Source: Chrysomallon squamiferum
Taxonomy: Eukaryota; Animalia; Mollusca
Direction: 5' to 3'
Length of the DNA stretch: 64,000 nucleotides
NCBI GenBank assembly: GCA_012295275.1
Contig: CM022672.1
Coordinates: 29,698,001 to 29,762,000 of the forward strand
Shown here: in pieces, positions 39,944 to 55,388 of the stretch
How positions within the stretch are numbered: the stretch's first letter is position 1
How the letters are laid out: every line of letters starts with the position of its first letter
Position numbers and translations under genes: made by a program
The notes under the pieces: model-generated
What the model saw: only the letters and a program-made list of their open reading frames with translations
Database searches by the model: none
What the model was told of the DNA's origin: nothing

Positions 39944-42059
39944 GTTTTTCTAAATAAATAAAACAGTAAATAAAAACATTTCCTATAGTATTGCAACACC
40001 CTTAATTAATAAGTAAATTATATAGTATTCGTAGTAATTGTAAGAACAGTATAGCCATAATCGTTAACTAATTAATTAATTACGTAACCGGTCATATTTT
40101 ACAGTTTTGTCAGAAAACTTTAGACAACATCAACATCATGTGACGTCATTCAGTGGGATCATAGCAGGAGAGAAGTTTGGTAAAGTTATTTTTAATAACT
40201 ATTTCATTAATATTATTTCCCGAGCTAAGAATTTGTCAAGATATTTAACACTATAATGTTTTCGTTCTTGCTGTTGGATCTCTCTCTATTTGTCTGTGTG
40301 TCCAACTGTCTTTCTCAATTTTATTTCTGACCATTACCTTCTACAACTCTCAGTACCGGCCCTGTCACCCTCCTCTTAGATTATTGTGAATGAGTCCCTT
40401 GTTCGAACTGACCTGAGCGTGCACAGTAAACAAAAGACAAATCATAACCTCTGACCCCACTGAGGTACAAAATTTAATATGGAGTCACGTTTTTAGTATT
40501 TCAACTAATTCTTTTCTCTTCTTTGTTTTAACTTGCCAATTCTCTTGCTCTTTCTTCTATATTCATTATTTATTAATTTATATTTTAATTTATTTGTTTA
40601 TTTCTCTTTCTCTTGACTTATTACTATCAGATCAATATATCACAATAATAAATTTATTTATGTAGTGATGTATAATATTTATGTTCGTTGTTCGCACGTG
40701 TGAATGAGTCAGGGATACAATAAGTACATACTTTATATAGATATCGAAGTTGTTGTTATTGTTCTTGTTACGTTAAAACTCGTGTCTGTGTGTGTATGTG
40801 TATGCATGTGTATGAAGGTGATTTGTATTGTAAGCTATTTTATAAAGAGAACGTCACAATATTTATTCTAAGCACAGTAAACATCATATATATCTACTTA
40901 TAGGTTACGAAGTGTTAGAAAACTAAAATTAAATCGAACATAAAAAAAAAAAAATAAACACCACAAAATGAAGTAAATTGAAATAGACAGGACAATAAAA
41001 ATTAAAATCAAATAAAATGGTTTAAAATAAAGACTTGACTAGAACAGATATTAATAAAATACCTTAAAAAAGAATAAAATAAAATACAAATATGGATTGA
41101 CAATATTTACTTTCCATTAACTTTTAGATAACTTTTATATATTCTCTCGTTGTAAAACAATATAAAATAACAACAATTAGATTCCTTAATATTATGATTA
41201 TATATATCAGTACTGCTATGATAACGGTACTTTATATCCTTTTATATTGATAAGGCGAAATATGATCTCTCACTCTGTCAAACTGTTCGTAATTAGATAC
41301 AATATTATTTTGCTGCAAGCAAGCATATTTGCACACAAACAAATGTCCTAACCCAAAAGTCGAATATTCTTCAATGTAAAAAACCCATTAAAATGAACAG
41401 AACGGATATTTTTGCAGATGTAAAGAAAATTCAAAGATTGTAAAAACAAGAAAATCCACATTACCCTCACCTGTAATTTTCACCTGTAGACGACAGAAGC
41501 ACAGTTTAAGACTTGATGATCCAAACTATACATAAGAAGAACCTCAAAAAACGTCAATCTATATTTCAGTGCGTGATTTTCTTTTCTACGGATAGCCTTC
41601 TTTGACATTTTCTCCCCACTGACTTTTCACATAGAAGATTTACGTAACTGGGGTATAAAAGGCTAAAGTGTCATTCTAAGAAAATTCTTATTTTGTTGGC
41701 ACATTGTCATGTTTGTATTAAAAGGCGAAAAACTACAAGAGCTGTTTGAATTTACCTGAAGCTATTATGAATATCCATTACAAGCCTGTTTCTCATATAT
41801 ATATATATATATTGTTTCTATTTGTTATACTTAGATTACAATTTTATACATCAGCATTTTACACTGATTTGGTTTCATATTTTTCTTTAGAGTCTAGCCA
41901 TCTGAGTCCTGGTGTTATCATATTGTTATCGATTCTAAGTAATCCTCTGACTCATTTTCAATGATTGCAAGAAAGTCGTAGGATAGTCAACGTCGTGTCC
42001 ATTAACGTAAGGTCGATCTTAACATTTCAGTGTTGTAACTTTATTTCCATTATTTATAA

Positions 42060-42111
<52 letters not shown>

Positions 42112-44237
42112 GTTTTTCTAAATAAATAAAACAGTAAATAAAAACATTTCCTATAGTATTGCAACACCCTTAATTAATAAGTAAATTATATAGTATTCGT
42201 AGTAATTGTAAGAACAGTATAGCCATAATCGTTAACTAATTAATTAATTACGTAACCGGTCATATTTTACAGTTTTGTCAGAAAACTTTAGACAACATCA
42301 ACATCATGTGACGTCATTCAGTGGGATCATAGCAGGAGAGAAGTTTGGTAAAGTTATTTTTAATAACTATTTCATTAATATTATTTCCCGAGCTAAGAAT
42401 TTGTCAAGATATTTAACACTATAATGTTTTCGTTCTTGCTGTTGGATCTCTCTCTATTTGTCTGTGTGTCCAACTGTCTTTCTCAATTTTATTTCTGACC
42501 ATTACCTTCTACAACTCTCAGTACCGGCCCTGTCACCCTCCTCTTAGATTATTGTGAATGAGTCCCTTGTTCGAACTAACCTGATCGTGCACAGTAAACA
42601 AAAGACAAAACATAACCTCTGACCCCACTGAGGTACAAAATTTAATATGGAGTCACGTTTTTAGTATTTCAACTAATTCTTTTCTCTTCTTTGTTTTAAC
42701 TTGCCAATTCTCTTGCTCTTTCTTCTATATTCATTATTTATTAATTTATATTTTAATTTATTTGTTTATTTCTCTTTCTCTTGACTTATTATTACTATCA
42801 AATCAATATATCACAATAATAACTTTATTTATGTAGTGATGTATAATATTTATGTTCGTTGTTTGCACGTGTGAATGAGTCAGGGATACAATAAGTACAT
42901 ACTTTATATAGATATCGAAGTTGTTGTTATTGTTCTTGTTACGTTAAAACTCGTGTCTGTGTGTGTATGTGTATGCATGTGTATGAAGGTGATTTGTATT
43001 GTAAGCTATTTTATAAAGAGAACGTCACAATATTTATTCTAAGCACAATAAACATCATATATATCTACTTATAGGTTACGAAGTGTTAGAAAACTAAAAT
43101 TAAATCGAACAAAAAAAAAAAAAAAAAAATAAACACCACAAAATGAAGTAAATTGAAATAGACAGGACAATAAAAATTAAAATCAAATAAAATGGTTTAA
43201 AATAAAGACTTGACTAGAACAGATATTAATAAAATACCTTAAAAAAGAATAAAATAAAATACAAATATGGATTGACAATATTTACTTTCCATTAACTTTT
43301 AGATAACTTTTATATATTCTCTCGTTGTAAAACAATATAAAATAACAACAATTAGATTCCTTAATATTATGTTTATATATATCAGTACTGCTATGATAAC
43401 GGTACTTTATATCCTTTATATTGATAAGGCGAAATATGATCTCTCACTCTGTCAAACTGTTCGTAATTAGATACCATATTATTTTGCTGCAAGCAAGCAT
43501 ATTTGCACACAAACAAATGTCCTAACCCAAAAGTCGAATATTCTTCAATGTAAAAAACCCATTAAAATGAACAGAACGGATATTTTTGCAGATGTAAAGA
43601 AAATTCAAAGATTGTAAAAACAAGAAAATCCACATTACCCTCACCTGTAATTTTCACCTGTAGACGACAGAAGCACAGTTTAAGACTTGATGATCCAAAC
43701 TATACATAAGAAGAACCTCAAAAAACGTCAATCTATATTTCAGTGCGTGATTTTCTTTTCTACGGATAGCCTTCTTTGACATTTTCTCCCCACTGACTTT
43801 TCGCATAGAAGATTTACGTAACTGGGGTATAAAAGGCTAAAGTGTCATTCTAAGAAAATTCTTATTTTGTTGGCACATTGTCATGTTTGTATTAAAAGGC
43901 GAAAAACTACAAGAGCTGTTTGAATTTACCTGTAGCTATTATGAATATCCATTACAAGCCTGTTTCTCATATATATATATATATATATATTGTTTCTATT
44001 TGTTATACTTAGATTACAATTTTATACATCAGCATTTTACACTGATTTGGTTTCATATTTTTTTTCTTTAGAGTCTAGCCATCTGAGTCCTGGTGTTATC
44101 ATATTGTTATCGATTCTAAGTAATCCTCTGACTCATTTTCAATGATTGCAAGAAAGTCGTAGGATAGTCAACGTCGTGTCCATTAACGTAAGTCGATCTT
44201 AACATTTCAGTGTTGTAACTTTATTTCCATTATTTAT

Positions 44238-44355
<118 letters not shown>

Positions 44356-46476
44356 GTTTTTCTAAATAAATAAAACAGTAAATAAAAACATTTCCTATAG
44401 TATTGCAACACCCTTAATTAATAAGTAAATTATATAGTATTCGTAGTAATTGTAAGAACAGTATAGCCATAATCGTTAACTAATTAATTAATTACGTAAC
44501 CGGTCATATTTTACAGTTTTGTCAGAAAACTTTAGACAACATCAACATCATGTGACGTCATTCAGTGGGATCATAGCAGGAGAGAAGTTTGGTAAAGTTA
44601 TTTTTAATAACTATTTCATTAATATTATTTCCCGAGCTAAGAATTTGTCAAGATATTTAACACTATAATGTTTTCGTTCTTGCTGTTGGATCTCTCTCTA
44701 TTTGTCTGTGTGTCCAACTGTCTTTCTCAATTTTATTTCTGACCATTACCTTCTACAACTCTCAGTACCGGCCCTGTCACCCTCCTCTTAGATTATTGTG
44801 AATGAGTCCCTTGTTCGAACTAACCTGATCGTGCACAGTAAACAAAAGACAAAACATAACCTCTGACCCCACTGAGGTACAAAATTTAATATGGAGTCAC
44901 GTTTTTAGTATTTCAACTAATTCTTTTCTCTTCTTTGTTTTAACTTGCCAATTCTCTTGCTCTTTCTTCTATATTCATTATTTATTAATTTATATTTTAA
45001 TTTATTTGTTTATTTCTCTTTCTCTTGACTTATTATTACTATCAAATCAATATATCACAATAATAACTTTATTTATGTAGTGATGTATAATATTTATGTT
45101 CGTTGTTTGCACGTGTGAATGAGTCAGGGATACAATAAGTACATACTTTATATAGATATCGAAGTTGTTGTTATTGTTCTTGTTACGTTAAAACTCGTGT
45201 CTGTGTGTGTATGTGTATGCATATGTATGAAGGTGATTTGTATTGTAAGCTATTTTATAAAGAGAACGTCACAATATTTATTCTAAGCACAGTAAACATC
45301 ATATATATCTACTTATAGGTTACGAAGTGTTAGAAAACTAAAATTAAATCGAACATGAAAAAAAAAAAAATAAACACCACAAAATGAAGTAAATTGAAAT
45401 AGACAGGACAATAAAAATTAAAATCAAATAAAATGGTTTAAAATAAAGACTTGACTAGAACAGATATTAATAAAATACCTTAAAAAAGAATAAAATAAAA
45501 TACAAATATGGATTGACAATATTTACTTTCCATTAACTTTTAGATAACTTTTATATATTCTCTCGTTGTAAAACAATATAAAATAACAACAATTAGATTC
45601 CTTAATATTATGTTTATATATATCAGTACTGCTATGATAACGGTAATTTTTTATATCCTTTATATTGATAAGGCGAAATATGATCTCTCACTCTGTCAAA
45701 CTGTTCGTAATTAGATACCATATTATTTTGCTGCAAGCAAGCATATTTGCACACAAACAAATGTCCTAACCCAAAAGTCGAATATTCTTCAATGTAAAAA
45801 ACCCATTAAAATGAACAGAACGGATATTTTTGCAGATGTAAAGAAAATTCAAAGATTGTAAAAACAAGAAAATCCACATTACCCTCACCTGTAATTTTCA
45901 CCTGTAGACGACAGAAGCACAGTTTAAGACTTGATGATCCAAACTATACATAAGAAGAACCTCAAAAAACGTCAATCTATATTTCAGTGCGTGATTTTCT
46001 TTTCTACGGATAGCCTTCTTTGACATTTTCTCCCCACTGACTTTTCGCATAGAAGATTTACGTAACTGGGGTATAAAAGGCTAAAGTGTCATTCTAAGAA
46101 AATTCTTATTTTGTTGGCACATTGTCATGTTTGTATTAAAAGGCGAAAAACTACAAGAGCTGTTTGAATTTACCTGTAGCTATTATGAATATCCATTACA
46201 AGCCTGTTTCTCATATATATATATATATATTGTTTCTATTTGTTATACTTAGATTACAATTTTATACATCAGCATTTTACACTGATTTGGTTTCATATTT
46301 TTCTTTAGAGTCTAGCCATCTGAGTCCTGGTGTTATCATATTGTTATCGATTCTAAGTAATCCTCTGACTCATTTTCAATGATTGCAAGAAAGTCGTAGG
46401 ATAGTCAACGTCGTGTCCATTAACGTAAGTCGATCTTAACATTTCAGTGTTGTAACTTTATTTCCATTATTTATAA

Positions 46477-46552
<76 letters not shown>

Positions 46553-48666
46553 GTTTTCTAAATAAATAAAACAGTAAATAAAAACATTTCCTATAGTATT
46601 GCAACACCCTTAATTAATAAGTAAATTATATAGTATTCGTAGTAATTGTAAGAACAGTATAGCCATAATCGTTAACTAATTAATTAATTACGTAACCGGT
46701 CATATTTTACAGTTTTGTCAGAAAACTTTAGACAACATCAACATCATGTGACGTCATTCAGTGGGATCATAGCAGGAGAGAAGTTTGGTAAAGTTATTTT
46801 TAATAACTATTTCATTAATATTATTTCCCGAGCTAAGAATTTGTCAAGATATTTAACACTATAATGTTTTCGTTCTTGCTGTTGGATCTCTCTCTATTTG
46901 TCTGTGTGTCCAACTGTCTTTCTCAATTTTATTTCTGACCATTACCTTCTACAACTCTCAGTACCGGCCCTGTCACCCTCCTCTTAGATTATTGTGAATG
47001 AGTCCCTTGTTCGAACTGACCTGAGCGTGCACAGTAAACAAAAGACAAATCATAACCTCTGACCCCACTGAGGTACAAAATTTAATATGGAGTCACGTTT
47101 TTAGTATTTCAACTAATTCTTTTCTCTTCTTTGTTTTAACTTGCCAATTCTCTTGCTCTTTCTTCTATATTCATTATTTATTAATTTATATTTTAATTTA
47201 TTTGTTTATTTCTCTTTCTCTTGACTTATTACTATCAGATCAATATATCACAATAATAAATTTATTTATGTAGTGATGTATAATATTTATGTTCGTTGTT
47301 CGCACGTGTGAATGAGTCAGGGATACAATAAGTACATACTTTATATAGATATCGAAGTTGTTGTTATTGTTCTTGTTACGTTAAAACTCGTGTCTGTGTG
47401 TGTATGTGTATGCATGTGTATGAAGGTGATTTGTATTGTAAGCTATTTTATAAAGAGAACGTCACAATATTTATTCTAAGCACAGTAAACATCATATATA
47501 TCTACTTATAGGTTACGAAGTGTTAGAAAACTAAAATTAAATCGAACATAAAAAAAAAAAAATAAACACCACAAAATGAAGTAAATTGAAATAGACAGGA
47601 CAATAAAAATTAAAATCAAATAAAATGGTTTAAAATAAAGACTTGACTAGAACAGATATTAATAAAATACCTTAAAAAAGAATAAAATAAAATACAAATA
47701 TGGATTGACAATATTTACTTTCCATTAACTTTTAGATAACTTTTATATATTCTCTCGTTGTAAAACAATATAAAATAACAACAATTAGATTCCTTAATAT
47801 TATGATTATATATATCAGTACTGCTATGATAACGGTACTTTATATCCTTTATATTGATAAGGCGAAATATGATCTCTCACTCTGTCAAACTGTTCGTAAT
47901 TAGATACAATATTATTTTGCTGCAAGCAAGCATATTTGCACACAAACAAATGTCCTAACCCAAAAGTCGAATATTCTTCAATGTAAAAACCCATTAAAAT
48001 GAACAGAACGGATATTTTTGCAGATGTAAAGAAAATTCAAAGATTGTAAAAACAAGAAAATCCACATTACCCTCACCTGTAATTTTCACCTGTAGACGAC
48101 AGAAGCACAGTTTAAGACTTGATGATCCAAACTATACATAAGAAGAACCTCAAAAAACGTCAATCTATATTTCAGTGCGTGATTTTCTTTTCTACGGATA
48201 GCCTTCTTTGACATTTTCTCCCCACTGACTTTTCACATAGAAGATTTACGTAACTGGGGTATAAAAGGCTAAAGTGTCATTCTAAGAAAATTCTTATTTT
48301 GTTGGCACATTGTCATGTTTGTATTAAAAGGCGAAAAACTACAAGAGCTGTTTGAATTTACCTGAAGCTATTATGAATATCCATTACAAGCCTGTTTCTC
48401 ATATATATATATATATATTGTTTCTATTTGTTATACTTAGATTACAATTTTATACATCAGCATTTTACACTGATTTGGTTTCATATTTTTTCTTTAGAGT
48501 CTAGCCATCTGAGTCCTGGTGTTATCATATTGTTATCGATTCTAAGTAATCCTCTGACTCATTTTCAATGATTGCAAGAAAGTCGTAGGATAGTCAACGT
48601 CGTGTCCATTAACGTAAGGTCGATCTTAACATTTCAGTGTTGTAACTTTATTTCCATTATTTATAA

Positions 48667-48746
<80 letters not shown>

Positions 48747-50864
48747 GTTTTTCTAAATAAATAAAACAGTAAATAAAAACATTTCCTATAGTATTGCAAC
48801 ACCCTTAATTAATAAGTAAATTATATAGTATTCGTAGTAATTGTAAGAACAGTATAGCCATAATCGTTAACTAATTAATTAATTACGTAACCGGTCATAT
48901 TTTACAGTTTTGTCAGAAAACTTTTAGACAACATCAACATCATGTGACGTCATTCAGTGGGATCATAGCAGGAGAGAAGTTTGGTAAAGTTATTTTTAAT
49001 AACTATTTCATTAATATTATTTCCCGAGCTAAGAATTTGTCAAGATATTTAACACTATAATGTTTTCGTTCTTGCTGTTGGATCTCTCTCTATTTGTCTG
49101 TGTGTCCAACTGTCTTTCTCAATTTTATTTCTGACCATTACCTTCTACAACTCTCAGTACCGGCCCTGTCACCCTCCTCTTAGATTATTGTGAATGAGTC
49201 CCTTGTTCGAACTAACCTGATCGTGCACAGTAAACAAAAGACAAAACATAACCTCTGACCCCACTGAGGTACAAAATTTAATATGGAGTCACGTTTTTAG
49301 TATTTCAACTAATTCTTTTCTCTTCTTTGTTTTAACTTGCCAATTCTCTTGCTCTTTCTTCTATATTCATTATTTATTAATTTATATTTTAATTTATTTG
49401 TTTATTTCTCTTTCTCTTGACTTATTATTACTATCAAATCAATATATCACAATAATAACTTTATTTATGTAGTGATGTATAATATTTATGTTCGTTGTTT
49501 GCACGTGTGAATGAGTCAGGGATACAATAAGTACATACTTTATATAGATATCGAAGTTGTTGTTATTGTTCTTGTTACGTTAAAACTCGTGTCTGTGTGT
49601 GTATGTGTATGCATGTGTATGAAGGTGATTTGTATTGTAAGCTATTTTATAAAGAGAACGTCACAATATTTATTCTAAGCACAATAAACATCATATATAT
49701 CTACTTATAGGTTACGAAGTGTTAGAAAACTAAAATTAAATCGAACATAAAAAAAAAAAAATAAACACCACAAAATGAAGTAAATTGAAATAGACAGGAC
49801 AATAAAAATTAAAATCAAATAAAATGGTTTAAAATAAAGACTTGACTAGAACAGATATTAATAAAATACCTTAAAAAGAATAAAATAAAATACAAATATG
49901 GATTGACAATATTTACTTTCCATTAACTTTTAGATAACTTTTATATATTCTCTCGTTGTAAAACAATATAAAATAACAACAATTAGATTCCTTAATATTA
50001 TGTTTATATATATCAGTACTGCTATGATAACGGTACTTTATATCCTTTATATTGATAAGGCGAAATATGATCTCTCACTCTGTCAAACTGTTCGTAATTA
50101 GATACCATATTATTTTGCTGCAAGCAAGCATATTTGCACACAAACAAATGTCCTAACCCAAAAGTCGAATATTCTTCAATGTAAAAACCCATTAAAATGA
50201 ACAGAACGGATATTTTTGCAGATGTAAAGAAAATTCAAAGATTGTAAAACAAGAAAATCCACATTACCCTCACCTGTAATTTTCACCTGTAGACGACAGA
50301 AGCACAGTTTAAGACTTGATGATCCAAACTATACATAAGAAGAACCTCAAAAAACGTCAATCTATATTTCAGTGCGTGATTTTCTTTTCTACGGATAGCC
50401 TTCTTTGACATTTTCTCCCCACTGACTTTTCGCATAGAAGATTTACGTAACTGGGGTATAAAAGGCTAAAGTGTCATTCTAAGAAAATTCTTATTTTGTT
50501 GGCACATTGTCATGTTTGTATTAAAAGGCGAAAAACTACAAGAGCTGTTTGAATTTACCTGTAGCTATTATGAATATCCATTACAAGCCTGTTTCTCATA
50601 TATATATATATATATATATTGTTTCTATTTGTTATACTTAGATTACAATTTTATACATCAGCATTTTACACTGATTTGGTTTCATATTTTTTCTTTAGAG
50701 TCTAGCCATCTGAGTCCTGGTGTTATCATATTGTTATCGATTCTAAGTAATCCTCTGACTCATTTTCAATGATTGCAAGAAAGTCGTAGGATAGTCAACG
50801 TCGTGTCCATTAACGTAAGTCGATCTTAACATTTCAGTGTTGTAACTTTATTTCCATTATTTAT

Positions 50865-50962
<98 letters not shown>

Positions 50963-53083
50963 GTTTTTCTAAATAAATAAAACAGTAAATAAAAACATTT
51001 CCTATAGTATTGCAACACCCTTAATTAATAAGTAAATTATATAGTATTCGTAGTAATTGTAAGAACAGTATAGCCATAATCGTTAACTAATTAATTAATT
51101 ACGTAACCGGTCATATTTTACAGTTTTGTCAGAAAACTTTAGACAACATCAACATCATGTGACGTCATTCAGTGGGATCATAGCAGGAGAGAAGTTTGGT
51201 AAAGTTATTTTTAATAACTATTTCATTAATATTATTTCCCGAGCTAAGAATTTGTCAAGATATTTAACACTATAATGTTTTCGTTCTTGCTGTTGGATCT
51301 CTCTCTATTTGTCTGTGTGTCCAACTGTCTTTCTCAATTTTATTTCTGACCATTACCTTCTACAACTCTCAGTACCGGCCCTGTCACCCTCCTCTTAGAT
51401 TATTGTGAATGAGTCCCTTGTTCGAACTAACCTGATCGTGCACAGTAAACAAAAGACAAAACATAACCTCTGACCCCACTGAGGTACAAAATTTAATATG
51501 GAGTCACGTTTTTAGTATTTCAACTAATTCTTTTCTCTTCTTTGTTTTAACTTGCCAATTCTCTTGCTCTTTCTTCTATATTCATTATTTATTAATTTAT
51601 ATTTTAATTTATTTGTTTATTTCTCTTTCTCTTGACTTATTATTACTATCAAATCAATATATCACAATAATAACTTTATTTATGTAGTGATGTATAATAT
51701 TTATGTTCGTTGTTTGCACGTGTGAATGAGTCAGGGATACAATAAGTACATACTTTATATAGATATCGAAGTTGTTGTTATTGTTCTTGTTACGTTAAAA
51801 CTCGTGTCTGTGTGTGTATGTGTATGCATATGTATGAAGGTGATTTGTATTGTAAGCTATTTTATAAAGAGAACGTCACAATATTTATTCTAAGCACAGT
51901 AAACATCATATATATCTACTTATAGGTTACGAAGTGTTAGAAAACTAAAATTAAATCGAACATAAAAAAAAAAAAAAAATAAACACCACAAAATGAAGTA
52001 AATTGAAATAGACAGGACAATAAAAATTAAAATCAAATAAAATGGTTTAAAATAAAGACTTGACTAGAACAGATATTAATAAAATACCTTAAAAAAGAAT
52101 AAAATAAAATACAAATATGGATTGACAATATTTACTTTCCATTAACTTTTAGATAACTTTTATATATTCTCTCGTTGTAAAACAATATAAAATAACAACA
52201 ATTAGATTCCTTAATATTATGTTTATATATATCAGTACTGCTATGATAACGGTACTTTATATCCTTTATATTGATAAGGCGAAATATGATCTCTCACTCT
52301 GTCAAACTGTTCGTAATTAGATACCATATTATTTTGCTGCAAAGCAAGCATATTTGCACACAAACAAATGTCCTAACCCAAAAGTCGAATATTCTTCAAT
52401 GTAAAAAACCCATTAAAATGAACAGAACGGATATTTTTGCAGATGTAAAGAAAATTCAAAGATTGTAAAAACAAGAAAATCCACATTACCCTCACCTGTA
52501 ATTTTCACCTGTAGACGACAGAAGCACAGTTTAAGACTTGATGATCCAAACTATACATAAGAAGAACCTCAAAAAACGTCAATCTATATTTCAGTGCGTG
52601 ATTTTCTTTTCTACGGATAGCCTTCTTTGACATTTTCTCCCCACTGACTTTTCGCATAGAAGATTTACGTAACTGGGGTATAAAAGGCTAAAGTGTCATT
52701 CTAAGAAAATTCTTATTTTGTTGGCACATTGTCATGTTTGTATTAAAAGGCGAAAAACTACAAGAGCTGTTTGAATTTACCTGTAGCTATTATGAATATC
52801 CATTACAAGCCTGTTTTCTCATATATATATATATATATTGTTTCTATTTGTTATACTTAGATTACAATTTTATACATCAGCATTTTACACTGATTTGGTT
52901 TCATATTTTTTCTTTAGAGTCTAGCCATCTGAGTCCTGGTGTTATCATATTGTTATCGATTCTAAGTAATCCTCTGACTCATTTTCAATGATTGCAAGAA
53001 AGTCGTAGGATAGTCAACGTCGTGTCCATTAACGTAAGTCGATCTTAACATTTCAGTGTTGTAACTTTATTTCCATTATTTAT

Positions 53084-53168
<85 letters not shown>

Positions 53169-55292
53169 GTTTTTCTAAATAAATAAAACAGTAAATAAAA
53201 ACATTTCCTATAGTATTGCAACACCCTTAATTAATAAGTAAATTATATAGTATTCGTAGTAATTGTAAGAACAGTATAGCCATAATCGTTAACTAATTAA
53301 TTAATTACGTAACCGGTCATATTTTACAGTTTTGTCAGAAAACTTTAGACAACATCAACATCATGTGACGTCATTCAGTGGGATCATAGCAGGAGAGAAG
53401 TTTGGTAAAGTTATTTTTAATAACTATTTCATTAATATTATTTCCCGAGCTAAGAATTTGTCAAGATATTTAACACTATAATGTTTTCGTTCTTGCTGTT
53501 GGATCTCTCTCTATTTGTCTGTGTGTCCAACTGTCTTTCTCAATTTTATTTCTGACCATTACCTTCTACAACTCTCAGTACCGGCCCTGTCACCCTCCTC
53601 TTAGATTATTGTGAATGAGTCCCTTGTTCGAACTAACCTGATCGTGCACAGTAAACAAAAGACAAAACATAACCTCTGACCCCACTGAGGTACAAAATTT
53701 AATATGGAGTCACGTTTTTAGTATTTCAACTAATTCTTTTCTCTTCTTTGTTTTAACTTGCCAATTCTCTTGCTCTTTCTTCTATATTCATTATTTATTA
53801 ATTTATATTTTAATTTATTTGTTTATTTCTCTTTCTCTTGACTTATTATTACTATCAAATCAATATATCACAATAATAACTTTATTTATGTAGTGATGTA
53901 TAATATTTATGTTCGTTGTTTGCACGTGTGAATGAGTCAGGGATACAATAAGTACATACTTTATATAGATATCGAAGTTGTTGTTATTGTTCTTGTTACG
54001 TTAAAACTCGTGTCTGTGTGTGTATGTGTATGCATATGTATGAAGGTGATTTGTATTGTAAGCTATTTTATAAAGAGAACGTCACAATATTTATTCTAAG
54101 CACAGTAAACATCATATATATCTACTTATAGGTTACGAAGTGTTAGAAAACTAAAATTAAATCGAACATGAAAAAAAAAAAAAAAAATAAACACCACAAA
54201 ATGAAGTAAATTGAAATAGACAGGACAATAAAAATTAAAATCAAATAAAATGGTTTAAAATAAAGACTTGACTAGAACAGATATTAATAAAATACCTTAA
54301 AAAAGAATAAAATAAAATACAAATATGGATTGACAATATTTACTTTCCATTAACTTTTAGATAACTTTTTATATATTCTCTCGTTGTAAAACAATATAAA
54401 ATAACAACAATTAGATTCCTTAATATTATGTTTATATATATCAGTACTGCTATGATAACGGTACTTTATATCCTTTATATTGATAAGGCGAAATATGATC
54501 TCTCACTCTGTCAAACTGTTCGTAATTAGATACCATATTATTTTGCTGCAAGCAAGCATATTTGCACACAAACAAATGTCCTAACCCAAAAGTCGAATAT
54601 TCTTCAATGTAAAAACCCATTAAAATGAACAGAACGGATATTTTTTGCAGATGTAAAGAAAATTCAAAGATTGTAAAAACAAGAAAATCCACATTACCCT
54701 CACCTGTAATTTTCACCTGTAGACGACAGAAGCACAGTTTAAGACTTGATGATCCAAACTATACATAAGAAGAACCTCAAAAAACGTCAATCTATATTTC
54801 AGTGCGTGATTTTCTTTTCTACGGATAGCCTTCTTTGACATTTTCTCCCCACTGACTTTTCGCATAGAAGATTTACGTAACTGGGGTATAAAAGGCTAAA
54901 GTGTCATTCTAAGAAAATTCTTATTTTGTTGGCACATTGTCATGTTTGTATTAAAAGGCGAAAAACTACAAGAGCTGTTTGAATTTACCTGTAGCTATTA
55001 TGAATATCCATTACAAGCCTGTTTCTCATATATATATATATATATATTGTTTCTATTTGTTATACTTAGATTACAATTTTATACATCAGCATTTTACACT
55101 GATTTGGTTTCATATTTTTTCTTTAGAGTCTAGCCATCTGAGTCCTGGTGTTATCATATTGTTATCGATTCTAAGTAATCCTCTGACTCATTTTCAATGA
55201 TTGCAAGAAAGTCGTAGGATAGTCAACGTCGTGTCCATTAACGTAAGTCGATCTTAACATTTCAGTGTTGTAACTTTATTTCCATTATTTAT

Positions 55293-55388
<96 letters not shown>

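Noticed and set aside
41480-41610. 42-codon - strand ORF (MSKKAIRRKENHALK...) in array units as an N-terminal extension of GAL3ST
   Set aside because: It is out of frame or stopped at either donor, and is truncated after 9 codons in the gene-proximal unit.
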